NCBI GenBank assembly: GCA_965153355.1 | Contig: OZ231126.1 | Location: 32,054,001-32,118,000 of the forward strand | DNA from: Flaccisagitta enflata | Taxonomy: Eukaryota | DNA: 64,000 bases | Direction: 5' to 3' | Shown here: piece after piece, positions 12,839 to 26,929 of the stretch | How positions within the stretch are numbered: the first letter of the stretch is position 1 | How the letters are laid out: the number at the start of each line of letters is the position of its first letter | Made by a program: the position numbers and the translations under genes | Notes under the pieces: model-generated | Seen by the model: only the letters and a program-made list of their open reading frames with translations | Told to the model about the DNA's origin: nothing | Database searches by the model: none

Positions 12839-14211
12839 CTGTAAAAACGTCATCCTAATTGTGTGATGGAAGAGTGGACGGTTGGATGGATGGATGGATA
12901 GATGGACGGACGGATAGACGAATGGATAGACGGATGGATGGATAAACCACACATATTGTATACAGACTCGCGTTTGCGCAAGTAAAGAAGCAGTCCAAGT
13001 CTCGAGGCCCCAAACGGGAACCTAATTTCGTTTATCCATGCGCAAGATAAAAGAAAAAAAGTTCACACAAAAAAGAACAAAAAGAAACAAAAAGAAACAA
13101 AGGATAAGATGGAGAACCAAAGAAAGGAAGAAAGAGAGAAATAGAAAAGAAAAAGAGGAAAAGGGTCTCGTCGGATTATTATTGCGGTTCTGTGTTGTGT
13201 ATATAATCCATTATGAACTTGGTGCTCGTATGGCCACATGAGTTTGGCCCAAGACACGTTGGGTCAAAATTGCAGTTTATGGGGACCAAGAATGTGACAC
13301 TCAAATTTTCCAAAAATAAAAAAAAAGTGTTTATCTACGCCAACGACTATGTATAATTGAACTCTATCAAAAATTTGAATCAAAAGAGTTTTGAACCCCC
13401 TCGAAAATATTAAGGTGTTGATCTTCTCTATACAGTTACACCCCGCTATAACGGACCCAAGAGTAACGGATAATCGCTAACAATGGATATGTGATCTTAG
13501 CTACTTTGTGTCATTTCTTTTTATTGCAATAGCAGAAATCAACTGTATCTAGCCCGAAGAGCAAACCCAACTAACAAAGTGAAAGAGAAAAAGAAGAATG
13601 AGAAGAAGAAGAAAAAAAGACGAGCTTTCTTTCGTTTCTCTCGTAATAATTTGGACAAACATAAAAGTCCCTCCTCTTCATAATAGGCCAACCGCCGCCT
13701 GAGGTCTAGCGGTCCCATCATGTGGCTGGTACTTCTACGTCTTTTTTAACCACTTCTTAACGCTATTACCCCATCTGCATAATACCTCTTTCAAGTTTCA
13801 ATATTTCTACGCTAAAGCCCTTCGTCTTGCATTTGTAATTTCCATGCGACACTACACACTTGCAAAATACTTACCACTCAAACCTCCTACTCGTACCTCA
13901 TAGCCTCATCAGCCCATCTCTTTGCTAACTTCCGTCCCAGCCCATCATCAGCTAATGGCTATAACTTCTATTTTCTTTTGATTCGTTGCTTCTGTTTTCA
14001 TTTATGTCTATCGCCTGTGTCTTATCGCCTATTTCAACCCACTCCTACCCTCTTTAAGTCAATTTTCAGGAGGGAACTGGCCAAATTTTGCAGCCATAAT
14101 GACCAAAATCTTCTGTTTTTACCAAAACCAACTCATAATAGTGATAAACGAGCCTGTGCCTGTATCTCATTGCCTATTTCTACCCACTCCTACTCTGCCT
14201 CTTAGCATCTC

Positions 14212-16025
14212 TTTTTAGTCGCGTGCACGCGACTCTACAACCCGCTCCGTCGGTCCGTCCGTCGGTCCGTCCGTCCGTCGGTCGGTCCGTCCGTAACACT
14301 TTGCTTTTTTTCGTCTTTTTGGGTCGTCTGGAGTTATTTTGAGTCATTTTTTTGTTGTTTTTGAAAATTATTGGTTGCTTTTAGTCATTTTTGGTTTTTT
14401 TTGGTCAGTTTTGGTCATTTTGGTTATTTTGGTCATTTTGGTCATTTTGGTCATTTTTGGTCATTTTTGATTATTTTTGATTATTTTTGGTCATTTTTGG
14501 TCATTTTTGGTCATTCTTGGTCATTTTTGGTCATTTTTGGTCATTTTTGGTCATTTTGGTCATTTTGGTCATTTTGGTCATTTTGGTCATTTTGGTCATT
14601 TTGGTCATTTTTGACCATTTTTGACCATTTTTGGTCATTTTTGGTCATTTTTTGTCATTTTGGTCTTTTTGGTCATTTTTGGTCATTTTAGGTCATTTGG
14701 GTCATTTTTGGTCATTTTTGGTCAATTTTGGTCATTTTTGGTCATTTTTTGTCATTTTGGTCATTTTTGGTCATTTTGATCATGTTGATCATTTTGATCA
14801 TTTTTTTCATTTTTGTTCATTTTTGGTCAATTTTGGTCAATTTTGGTTATTTTTGGTCATTTTGGTCATTTTGGTCATTTTTGATCATTTTTGATCATTT
14901 TTGGTCATTTTTGGTCATTTTTGGTCGTTTTTGGTCATTTTGGTCATTTTTGGTCATCTTTGGTCATCTTTGGTCATACAGTCTGCTGGTTAAAGTCTGC
15001 TGGGTAAAGTCTGATGATTAAAGTCTGCTGGTTTAAATCTGCTGGTTTAAATCTGCTGGTTTAAGTCTGCTGGTTTAAATCTAATGGGTTAAGTCTGCTG
15101 GTTAAAGTCTGCTGGTTTGAATCTGCTGGTTTAAGTCTGCTGGTGTAAGTCTGCTGGTTTAAATCTAATGGTTTAAGTCTGCTGGTCTAATGGTTTAAGT
15201 CTGCTGGTTTAAGCCTGCTGGTTAAAATGATATTAAAGATAAGTATGGTTTAAGTCTGGTTTAAGTCTGGTTTAAGTCTGGTTTAAGTCTGGTTTAAGTC
15301 TGGTTTAAGTCTGGTTTAAGTCTGGTTTAAGTCTGGTTTAAGTCTGGTTTAAGTCTGGTTTATGTCTGGTTTAAGTCTGGTTTAAGACTGGTTCATGTCT
15401 GATTTATATCTGGTTTAGGTCTGGGTTAGGTCTGGTTTAGATCTGGTGTATGTCTGGTTTTTGTCTGGTTTATGTTTGATGTAGGTCTGGTTTTGGTCTG
15501 GTTTTGGTCTGGTTTTGGTTTGGTTTCATTCTGGTTTGAGTCTGGTTTGAGTCTGGTTTGAGTCTGGTTTGATTCTGGTTTGAGCCTGGTTTGAGCCTGG
15601 TTTGAGCCTGGTTTGAGCCTGGTTTGAGCCTGGTTTAAGTCTGGTTTAAGTCTGGTTTAAGTCAGGTTTAAGTCAGGTTTGAGTCTGGTTTGAGTCTGGT
15701 TTGAGTCTGGTTTGAGTCTGGTTTGAGTCTGGTTTGAGTCTGGTTTGAGTCTGGATTGAGTCTGATTTCAGTCTGGCTTAAATCTGGTTTATGTCTGGTT
15801 TATGTCTGGTTTATGTCTGATTTAGGTCTGTTTTCGGTCTGGTTTAATTCTGGTTTGAGTCTGGTTTGAGTCTGGTTTGAGTCTGGTTTGAGTCTGGTTT
15901 GGGTCTGGTTTGGGTCTGTTTTGGGTTAGGCTTAAGTCTGATTTTCGATAAGAAGATACAATAAGGAGTCAGGTCAGTTCAGTTATTTTTGTCCTGCACG
16001 CGACTTATAGGTGTTGGCCTTGTTT
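14212..16025 (+). mobile_element. HINE-like element expanded by internal tandem arrays
   Basis: Family-A 5' end and gcacgcgacttataggtgttggccttgtt 3' end enclose (ttttggtca)n, (gtctgctggtttaa)n and (tctggtttaag)n arrays. Confidence 0.75.
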
Positions 16026-16120
16026 CTTCAACCAGCCAGTCCCCCTCCATCATTTTCCTTACCCCATCTTTCTCACCATCCATTTTCTAACAGTATCCCT
16101 ACTACCAAGACCTTCCCTCA

Positions 16121-16809
16121 TTTTTAGTCGCGTGCACGCGACTCTACACCTTACCGTGTCGGTCGGTAGGTTGGTAGGTCGGTAGGTCGGTATGTCGGTA
16201 GATCCGTCATATTTTTAAAATTATGACTTTTTAAAGTATTTTAACACCCCTTACAAAATTAGGCGAACTGGGAGTTTTTCTTCAAATCATTCTCCTGTCT
16301 AAACGGTTTGAGCTACAGATGCCAGATTGGACTCAAATGAAAGAAAATTAAAATATCTTTCATTTGAGTCCAATCTGGCATCTGTAGCTCAAACCGTTTA
16401 GACAGGAGAATGATTTGAAGAAAAACTCCCAGTTCGCCTAATTTTGTAAGGGGTGTTATAGTAATTCAAGGTACTCTAGGGTATTTCAGGGTACTTTAGG
16501 GTACTTCAGGGTACTTTGGGGTACTTAATTAATTCTAGGTACTTTAGGTACTTTAGGGTAATTTAGGGTACTTTCAGATATTTTTTTGTATTTTGAGGAA
16601 TTTTTGGACATTTTTGGGTATTTTTGGACATTTTTGGGTAGTTTTGGGTAATCTTGGCTATTTTTGAGTATTTTTAGGTATTTTGGGTATTTTGTACATA
16701 TCTAGTGTAGGCAGGGTAGGCATGGTAGGCAGGGTATTTTAATGAGTAGGCAGGTAAATGTGTGTTATTGCAAAACGGAGCACGCGACTGTTGGCCTGTT
16801 GGGCTTGTT
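16121..16809 (+). mobile_element. HINE-like element containing a perfect foldback MITE (16244-16456)
   Basis: Family-A ends; internal ~103-bp perfect inverted arms around an 11-nt loop, flanked by TA. Confidence 0.75.
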
Positions 16810-16906
16810 CTACCATGTCTTTCTCACCATTCATTTTCCAACAGTAACCCTAACACCAAGACTTAGACTGAGCCTCAGGGTTCCCAGTTGATGCCGAGGG
16901 CGGATC

Positions 16907-16993
<87 letters not shown>

Positions 16994-17848
16994 CAATGAG
17001 GTCCCAACAAAACCTCTCAACACGGCCACGCCTACATTATCGTTATTATCAAAACTCGGTCTTCAGTTTCCCTTATCTAACCCCAAGGCAACGAGACAAC
17101 GCCTGCATTATTAATTTTTCTCATCATCAAACTCAGTTTACCCACTTTACCCCTGCAACTACCCTTTGATGACAATCCATGGCCCTGACGGCACCCATAC
17201 TGTGTCATCATCAATACTGCCAGTTTCCATAACGTAACAATGCTTAAACGATGATCGAAACATAACCATAGCCTCGCCCAGTCATCACCACGATCATTAT
17301 TTTCCACTTTGCTCTTATATCGGTCAGTATCTCATTACCACTTGGACAATTGCCCACTCAATCAATCATGATCATTAACATTTATTCAAATTTCTATCAT
17401 TGAACAGGATTTTCATCATCCCGCCCTATCAATTTGTATTTCTGTAGTTTTCTCGGTGCTTTCTTTTTTTTCCCCCCTCAATCTTTTCGCCAATGTTCTT
17501 TTTTCTTCTTCTTCTTCTTCTTCTTCTTCTTCTTCTTCTTCTTCTTCTTCTTCTTCTTCTATTTCTTCTTCTTCTTCTTCTTCTTCTTCTTCTTCTTCTT
17601 CTTCTTGTTTCCTTAAATCTATCATTGGCTGAAAAGCACCTCTGAGCTCGCGTTGTTTATACCCAAGAGCGCCATCTTCGGCGACCATTATCATCCATTT
17701 ACTTCTTTTCTTGGTATTCATTCATTGTGATAGATAACTGTCCTAGTCGGTAAATCGAACGTTTTTAACAATAATTTTTACATCGTAAGATAGATGCCCA
17801 GGATGGTATAGATGATGGGACTCATTTGGTTTCAGGTCACCTACTCAA

Positions 17849-20800
17849 TAGGCTGTAGTTGAAAGATAAATTCTCCACTCACTGATCTCATTGGGGATTT
17901 TTATCACGGGTATGGGTCTTAGGAATGGAAGGAAATTCATTTGACATCAATATTGAAGGGTCTAGTTGCGCGCGATTTGACCACAATATGCAAATGAGAT
18001 TTCAATGATTTTTAAAAAGTATCAGTTAAACTGATTAAAGCCATTTCCCTGTGATATGAAATAAAAACATAACGCGGAAGTAAAATGTGTACTACAAATT
18101 TTTTTGTCACTGTATCATTGCTGCAGAGGTTGGAGGAATGTGCAGGTGGTTGTGGTGGACAAGGTGGAGGAGGGGGAGGAGGAGGAGGAGGAGGAGAGAG
18201 AAACGGTAAATATGCGTTTTAGCAATTTTGGCCGGCTTCATTTTTTTGATTGAACGAGCAAATGTGTTCAAAGTGTTTCTCCTAGAGGTTAATGGAGATG
18301 TATATTCCATGTCAAGATACACTTATCTAGTTTACGGGTCCCTGAGGGGCCCATTCAGGAGCCCCTTCAGGGAACCTAATGAACTGCAAATAGTAAGAAA
18401 TGACCAAACATTGGCTCGATAACAATGAAATGCCAAATTGTCTTTTCAGATACTGTCTTCTAGTAGAGGAGAGGAGAGGAGAGTGGAGAAGGACTATATG
18501 TGAATAAGAGTAAAGGCTTGGGACCCCTGATGGACCCCTCCAGATAGCTCAAATGACCCAAAATGACCAAAAATGGCTCAAAATCTTATCACTTGTCATG
18601 CCATTTTTCTCTAACATCGAAAGACTGGTTCATTACACCTTCAGGCTGGATATGGAATCATAATTCCATTCATTCATTTGTTCATTCATTTATTCATTCA
18701 CAGAATATGAAATGATTTATATGATAACTGACCAATCTATAAGAAGCCGCTGCTCACACTTAACAAGGTCATTAGACCTTGGTCGCGTGGTATCTAAGGT
18801 TATGAAGGTAATTAGGGTACTAATAATAACCTAAAATACCTATATTAATATTCATCTAAGAATATCTATCATTGTATACTCTTTTTCTTCTTTTGTCGAA
18901 GCGTTGAACTCTCAAACAATCTTTTAGCTTGATCAACTTGAGCTTCTGCCAGGATTGTTTGAAGAGAGCTGAAAAATCCTCATTTTGTAATTGTGTTGAC
19001 AATAGCTAAGTTTTAATGTTAGATTAGAGGTGTCATTTCCACCCCTATTGAATCGCCCCGTATCCTTGCCACACAGAGGCAGCTAAAAGTGGTATAAAGA
19101 TGGTAAATGAGAAAGCGACTCGCTGTTAAACCAGACCTGAATAGATTTATAGGTGCGGACACGCACCTCTATAAGAGGCTTTGTCCATACGTCTGTCCAT
19201 CTATCGGTCCATGTTGATTGAGTTGAAAAGTGCAAAACGCGCATTTTCGATGCTGCAGTTGTGATTGTCTGTGTGTGGTGTGGGCGAGGGTGTGGATAGG
19301 AGTTACACGTCCCTGCCAACCCGTCCGCAATGATATTGTGACCCGCGTCACTTGTTTGTACAGTGCCAGTTTCAAGTCTGCGATAAAAAGTGGGGCAAAG
19401 AGCTAAATTGATGATTTTACCATGAGTGAATAACATGATTTATTAATCAATCGATGAAACAAAGAATGTATGAATGAATCAGTCAATGAATCAATCAAGG
19501 TATGAATGAACAAAAGAATAAATGATTGGATGAATGAATGGACTTTCTATTCCATAAATATAGTGCAGGTGTGATGAACTAATTCATCTACTTTAAAGCG
19601 AACAAAATAAAAACATGCCAAAAATAAAAACATGTCAAGATTTTAGTCATTTTTGGCCGTTTTGGGTCCTTAAAGCCCGTCGGAAGGGCCCCAAGGGAAT
19701 CATAAACCTCTGTATTCTCATATACCTCTCCTGCCCTAGATGATAGGGCATGTACACGTCTATACAGATAGATTGGCACTTCATTGTCACAAAAGAGAAC
19801 CAGTCATCCAAGGGCAATATGAGGTCAGCGATATCCATTGCCCCACTTCGTATCTCAGTGGGGGGAAGCAGGGGAGTGGCCTTGAAAAGGACACAGTCCT
19901 GTAGAACATATTGGGACTTTCATTCATTCGTCCATCCTCCCACCCATCCATGATTTGAGGCCTTTGTGAGTAAAGATCTGGGAGGGATGATAAGAGGCTT
20001 GTTAGAGGCCATAACAGGCTCATTCAAGACCTGAGAGGGCTGATTTGAGGCCTGATTTAAGTACTGAATGGGCTGATTTGAGGCTGGGGAGGGCTGAATT
20101 GAGGCCCAAGAGCCCTGAGAGGCCAAAGAAGGCTAATTTGAGGCCCGAGGGACCTGGTTTGATGTCTGAGAGGCATGATCTGAAGCCCGACAGGCCAGTA
20201 TGAGGTCTGTGAGACCTGATTTTAGCCCTGAGAGGCCCAAAGGGGGGTGGCATTTGGACAAACAAATGGACAGCAGGACAGATGCTTGAACAAGTCCCTG
20301 TGTGTTCAAAAGGACTTCATTTCCTTTGGAGCCGCTGCCCAAAAAAGTGACTGAAAACGCTAATATTTTGGTCATTTATGACTGTTTTGAGCCTCTAGAT
20401 AACCCTGGATGGGCCCCCTTGGGGTCCCCTAGCCTTAATTTGTGTACCCCACCACCAGATACACCAGATAACAGTATATTAACATAAAAATTACAGCTCC
20501 ATTAACCTCTCAGGAGAAACCGGGACAAAAAGCTCATTATTGAACATTTTAGCTATTTTGGGGAGCCAAGAGGACCCCTAAAGGGGCCCATAGGGGCTAC
20601 TATCATCTATTTCTTTAAATTCATATTCTTCTTCTAAATAAGGTTCAAACAAGACCGATACCAAGGTTTTTCATCAATCCATTGATTAGAAATAAAAAGA
20701 ACAAGGTGAGTCATAAATCAAACAGTTCTTCCCATTTTCGCGATTTTCGCGCATTTTACCGCTTGCTTAAAGCAAGTGGGCCCCCGGTGAAATAGATCAA

Positions 20801-21106
20801 AATGAGTATGAAAATTGTAAGATCCATCTTCTATTACATTAGTTTTGATGAAAAAATGTTAACCAAATGCTAATATCAGCCTAGGCAATCAATTTTCTAC
20901 CCTACATGTAGTGGCTAATTCAGGCCACTACAACAAAAGTTGAAAAATCCATGAATCTCATTTGCATATTGTGGTCAAATCGCGCGCAACTAGACCATCG
21001 AAATATGTACTAAAACTGTCATGGATTACTTCCTAAAGGTCTAAACCGTAATGAAAATCCCCAATGGTAAAGGTGAAGGCAGTTTTCATCATTTCACTAC
21101 AGCCTA
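17849..21106. mobile_element. Non-autonomous hAT-type DNA transposon, 3.26 kb
   Basis: Termini TAGGCTGTAGT/ACTACAGCCTA, perfect 8-bp TSD CTACTCAA (17841-17848, 21107-21114), imperfect ~170-bp inverted ends, no transposase ORF. Contains HINE-like inserts at 19146-19357 and ~19945-20346. Confidence 0.85.
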
Positions 21107-21169
21107 CTACTCAACCACTCACAATATCGACAAAATGATGGCATCACCCCGCTTTATTAACTCTCTGTG

Positions 21170-21410
21170 TTTTTAGTTGCGGACATGCAACTCTACAAGA
21201 GGCTTTGTCCGTCCGTCCTTCCATCCGTCCGTCCGTTCGTCCGTCCCTCGTGGGCACAAGTCCAAAAAGTGGGGAAAATGAGTGTTTTAGAAGCTTTTTG
21301 TGTATGTGTCTGTGTTGGAAGGGGGGTTGGGTGGGGCATTGGATGTGGATGGGGGTTGGCTGCCCCTGCCCACCCGTCCGCAACGATATTGTGACCCCGC
21401 GTCGCTCGTA
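21170..21410 (+). mobile_element. HINE-like element, gcggac family
   Basis: agttgcggacatgcaact, (GTCC)n, gtccgcaac; homologous to 19146-19357. Confidence 0.7.
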
Positions 21411-23365
21411 CTTTGAGGGACTGATGTTGGACGGTCCGGCGGTCATTCAGTTCATTTTTCCCGTTTCCACAGTCTTCCTCCACCTACAAAACTTGTTGGC
21501 CGTCTGTCTGTCTGTCTTTCTTAAGACTTGACATTTCTGCGGCCGCTACCTTCACACCTACCCCCTCCATTCTTCATTAGTAAACTGGCACTAGACGTTC
21601 CTGCAACCTGGCCCTCCCTTCCCCTTTTCTTTCATTTGCTGTCTCTCTATCTTTCTTAAAGGGACCTACATTGGACGTTTTCTGCGGCCCCAATTCCCTT
21701 CCAAAGCGTAAATCGAATGAAAAGAACAAATTACGACCACCAAGTTTCTCCCCTCTCTTCTGTTTTTTTTTCGCACGCGTCCACACATCTGTATCATTGG
21801 AAAGGTCTGCATGTCTCTATGCCTGCCTATCTGTCTGTATGTCGGTCTGACTGCCTGTCTGTCCCTACTATGTCTACTATGTCTGTCAAATCATAGCAAC
21901 ATGATCTCTCATTTCTCAACTGCTTTCCATGAGATGAGTCTTTTATGAGGCGTTTCCACATTTGTTCCCAATATTAGTCCGTTAGTCCGTCTCACATAGA
22001 GGCACAACTATATCTTTTTTCCTGATAATAGTGCATTTCAAGAGATGTTATTTCAGTGGTGTTGACTGTTAGACTGTTGGTCAACTCGCTTTGTCTTTCT
22101 CCTCTTTTTTCCCCAAACGGATTTTCGAGCATCGATTCCATTTTTTTTTCCATTGCACACACACACACATACACACTCCTAACATTGTCTTGCACTGTCC
22201 AGCGAATTTTTTACCATTTTCCCCTCTCATCGACCTTTGTCTATTTTTTTCTCTACCTTCTTTTTTTTTCCTTACTGTAGCTCCCTCACTGTATTTTTCT
22301 CATATCGATTTCTTTTTTCCCAATTCAATTTTAAGTCGCGTGCACGCACGACTCTGTGAGCTAGTTTTCGGTCAGCCCGTCGCGTCGGTATGTCACATTT
22401 CATAAATCATGATCAAAAAGATACACCCTTTCTGTTTTTTTTTTTTTTTTTTTTTTTTTCTTTTGACAACTGCGGCGCAAATGATAGTCTGTCTATCGTA
22501 GACTTTTTAGACCACCCTGAAACACTGAGGGTCACCACAATGCGATTGGACATCATTTCATCTCATTAATGTTTAAAACACTTTGCGCTGAGATTAGACA
22601 TCATTTCTAGGCGGCGATATCAGCGGGGGTAAAAAAGCTCGCTCGAAAATCATTTTTAGCAATTTGACTAAAGTGACGGCGCTGAATAAAATGTCTTCAG
22701 CATTACTCGTTTTGATGTTGTACAAACATTTCTATTATAAAAAGTGGGAAAAAAGGTAACACTTATTCTATGACTTCTTTCTATAACTCAACTCCACCGA
22801 CATTTTCTCTAAGTCAGAGTTAACTTTCCAATGTATCATTACGCGTTGAGAAAGAAAGACAGACTGGCTAAAACCAACGAATAAACAGACAAACAGATAC
22901 GCTGATACGTATAAATTGCTTCAGAACACCAACAGTGAATCCGACTGCATGCAGTAATCTGTAAAACGCCATTTTGTGCCTCAAAAAAATGTTTCCGTAG
23001 AGAGTTAATGTTAGTGCGTCTCTCACTACAGCATAATAAGACGGCAATGATGACAAGGAAAATTGCTTCTTAAAAATCACCTTTACTTTAGTCTTCATCC
23101 GAGTAGGGAAGTAGGTCTAGTAAGAAAAGTGAAATATCTGCTAAACCTTATGAGTAACATCGATGAAAAAAAGATTGATCATAATACTTGTGAAATACTA
23201 AAGATTAAAAAAAAACAAAACTATCTGCGCTCAAGTTGACCTTTATGTCCCCGTACTTTAACTCTGAGCGCATGATCAGAAAATTGTATGAAACATCGTG
23301 TCAATTAAGTCAATATTAAAAATCGGGGGTGCTTTGATCTCTCAATTTTCATTTGAAATCCAAAG

Positions 23366-23710
23366 CAGAATTCAACAATCCATCCACCGGTGCCGTTACC
23401 GGGATTGTAGAAGCTAGCGTTTGGCCGTAGTGATTTTATCTTACACGCAGTTGAATTTGATTTCAGAGCAAAAGCTGAACTGTTGAGATCTACGGGCAAA
23501 CCTTTTTCAAGCTCTATCATTTCCCAATCAACAAACTTTGAGGTACTTTTTTTGTCTTGCCCTTTTTTTTCTCATTACCCTTTTCCGTTCCGTTTCTGGC
23601 AGTTCCCATTAAATGGCTTTTTCCTGACCGGACAAACGCGAGCTCCAGGTCGAGGATACTCGGTGGGCCACAGGGCACTGTTGTGGGCATCATCGCTGAC
23701 AAGCTACAGG
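23366..23710 (+). CDS. Possible short-intron gene fragment, unknown product (exons ~23366-23426, 23467-23542, 23603-~23710)
   Basis: 40- and 60-nt GT-AG introns with consistent phases give EFNNPSTGAVTGIVEASVWPAKAELLRSTGKPFSSSIISQSTNFEFPLNGFFLTGQTRAPG...; no family recognised. Confidence 0.3.
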
Positions 23711-24738
23711 GTGTGGATTCTTGGTGGTCACTGTTGTGGGCACCGTCACAGATAAGCTTCAGGGCGTAGATAATAGGTGGGCGCTGTTGTGAGAACCGTT
23801 GCAAATACGTTCTGGGAAGTGCACCATGGGCCGCGTCATGACAAAGCTGTATCATGTTGAAAAATAAAAGCGTCTTGAAACCGGAGACAGAATTATTCGT
23901 ATTGGGCTTTTTGTTTCTTGAGCGTCTAAAAACAGTTACATACTTCAAAAGTTACCACGCTTTCTTTCTTTGTCGTCCACAGGCACCGCGGTTCAATTAT
24001 CGAAATCAATACAGTCCCATCTTTGACTTGAGCAATGGGCATCGCAATTTGCCAATTTCTGTTATCAATCTGCGGTATTCTCTAAAAGGGTTGTAAATAT
24101 TACCAAAATCTCATCTACTCCATCCCTTCACCATCCCCTCACCCCCCCTCTCTCTGACGCCGCCTCCGCTGCTGCTGCCTCTTCTACCACCCATTTCAAG
24201 GTTGCTGGTACGGTTGCTCTCGCCTCCTTCTCCTCCCTACTCCTACTCCTCCTCATTCTTTGCCGCCCCTCCCCCCCCCTATCGATGCCGATACAGTTGC
24301 CTCGTCCACCACCCATTTCAAATATGCCGCTCCCATTGCCCCCGCCTCCTTCTCCTCCCTTCTCCTTCTCCCCCTTCTTTGCGGCACCAGTCCTCCCCCT
24401 CCCCCAAAATGATGGCGCTGCTGCTGCATCTTCTGCCACCCATATTAAGGTTGCCGCTTCCGTTGCCACCGCCTCCTTCCTCTCCCTCCTCCGCCTCCTC
24501 CTCCCCTTCTCCATCGTAGCCTTTACCATCGGTTTAACTGCAGCGGTTGGCTTGGAAACTCGATATACATTTTTATGTTTATTTGCGCCGATATATGAAA
24601 AGTAAACAAAAAAGCCCGGCCTAGGAGACGCCTCACTTTCTGTCTCTCTGTCTCTCTGTCCATGTCTCTCTTGTTCTCTGTCTCTGTCTCTGTCTCTTTC
24701 TCTGTCTGTCTCTGTCTCCGTCTCTGTCTCTGTCTCTG

Positions 24739-24914
<176 letters not shown>

Positions 24915-25075
24915 TCTCTTTTTCTGTCTCTTTCTCTTTCTCTATAAAGCACTCACTGGTGTAGTTTTTTCCTTTAACAAGATCACATGGAAATGTAAGA
25001 TTATCGTAGTGATATCGTTAAGTTCATTCTGATGATCATCCGACTTTCTATTTATTTATTTTTTTTGGAAACGTA

Positions 25076-25423
25076 CCGTCTTTCTTGTAATTAGCGCCCC
25101 GGGCACTTTTGAAATTGAAATAATACATTGCTGTTTTAAACCTGCAATCAGCGCCCCCTATTCACTAATATATTCATAATATGTTATGAAATTTACACCT
25201 TCTGATAATTTTCTTATAATTCAAATCAGCAAATCACTAAAAAGAGAATATATCTTGTTGTATTGAATCTCATTCTCATATGGTTTTTGCCAAAAAAAAT
25301 CTTATTTCTAATAAAATTTATTTGACTTTTAGAAAAAAATCACTCTCATTATTAGCTCATAATTTCATGAAAAAAGGGGGGGGGCGCTAATTAGAGGGGG
25401 GGCGATAAATGCAAGAAATACGG
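25076..25423. mobile_element. TA-flanked MITE
   Basis: TIR ccgt(c/a)tttcttg with subterminal gcgccccc repeats. Confidence 0.65.
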
Positions 25424-25519
25424 TATATTGTACGTCTAAAGTATCATTAGAATATCACAAACTCAAAATTAGTAGTATGAATCCGTTTTCATGTGAATTC
25501 ACGCTAGGCTTTGCCTTTA

Positions 25520-26065
25520 CACCGTCTTCGGATCGGACTGTGAAATGCAAAACCTTTATAGCTCCTAAACCACTAGGAAATTTTCAGTGAATATTGGTAA
25601 CATGTGACGGTTTTTGCATGTCAAAGCTCTGATCATAATATAGAAAAGGTGAGGGGAAAACAATATATTGAATGAACATCCATTTTTTAAACAAAATGGT
25701 TTTTTTTACCTGTTATTTTTTTAGAAGGTGCTGTTTTTCTCTCAGAATATACGGCAAATAGATAATACATAAGTTAACATCTGTCATTGAAAATAAATCC
25801 TAGAGTTTTTCTTGAAATGCAAAGCAATTTCAAGAAAATAAAGACATCTCTTTTCTAAGGAAATGGGGAAAAATTGATTGTAATTAAAAATGGGTTTTCT
25901 TTCAATATTTTGTTTTTCCCTCACCTTTTCCATATCATGATCTGAGCTTTGACATGCAAAAACCGTCACATGTTACTAATATTCACTGAAAATTTCATAA
26001 CTTTTTTCCTTGTGGTTTAGGAGCTATAAAGGCTTTGCATTTCACAGTCCGATCCAAAGACGGTG
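25520..26065. mobile_element. MITE with ~145-bp TIRs
   Basis: caccgtctt.ggatcggactgtgaaatgcaaa... mirrored at the right end; TA flanks. Confidence 0.85.
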
Positions 26066-26427
26066 TAGTACGCTAGCTGTCTATCCTAAGACGCGTGCAC
26101 GCGATTCTGTTAAAGAGATATCGCACAATAGGCCAATATACCTTACGGGATTTTTGTCATTTCCTTAACACGTCTGTAATTAGACAATCTGTCTATTTGA
26201 CTGTCTGTATTTATTACCTACTTAACGGTACTTAGGACAAAAGTTCTTTTTCACAAGAAGGAAAATTTCTTCCTCTTTCTCTTCCTCTTCTTCCCACTTC
26301 CTTTCTAATTTCTGCGAGTTTTTGAAGAAAAGACGTTAAGAATTTATCATGCAAAAGCTGCTTGCATGTTAAAAGAGGCACATGCTCCAATTCTCCATGA
26401 ATTTGTGAGCACGTGTGTGTGTGTGTG

Positions 26428-26530
<103 letters not shown>

Positions 26531-26564
26531 ATGCGCACCTAAGCTCGCATGATCACATGTAAGC

Positions 26565-26655
<91 letters not shown>

Positions 26656-26661
26656 TGTCTG

Positions 26662-26692
<31 letters not shown>

Positions 26693-26929
26693 GTGCGCGC
26701 GCGCGTGTTTGTGTGTGTGTGTGCGTGTGTGTCTGTGTGCGCGTATGTGTCTGCATGTGTGTTGCCAAATTAGAGCCTTAAACACCAGTAAGCAAAAGAG
26801 GCCATGTGATAGACTGACGTTGGCCTAAGCCATGTGACAGTAAGTTGCAGTTTCGGACTGAAAAGAAAATTGCTGAATCTGCAGATTATGATCCCATTTC
26901 GCCTCTTTGAGCCTGATGGGCGTTGAAGG

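Noticed and set aside
21661-21730. CUB-like words TYIGRF / FCGPNSLPK
   Set aside because: Needs a frameshift and is too short; the 5' exons of the CUB gene remain unlocated.
23670-23850. CDGSH-like words (ICDGAHN, ICNGSHN) on the minus strand
   Set aside because: They fall in different frames of a 53-bp repeat and lack the upstream C-x-C...P motif.
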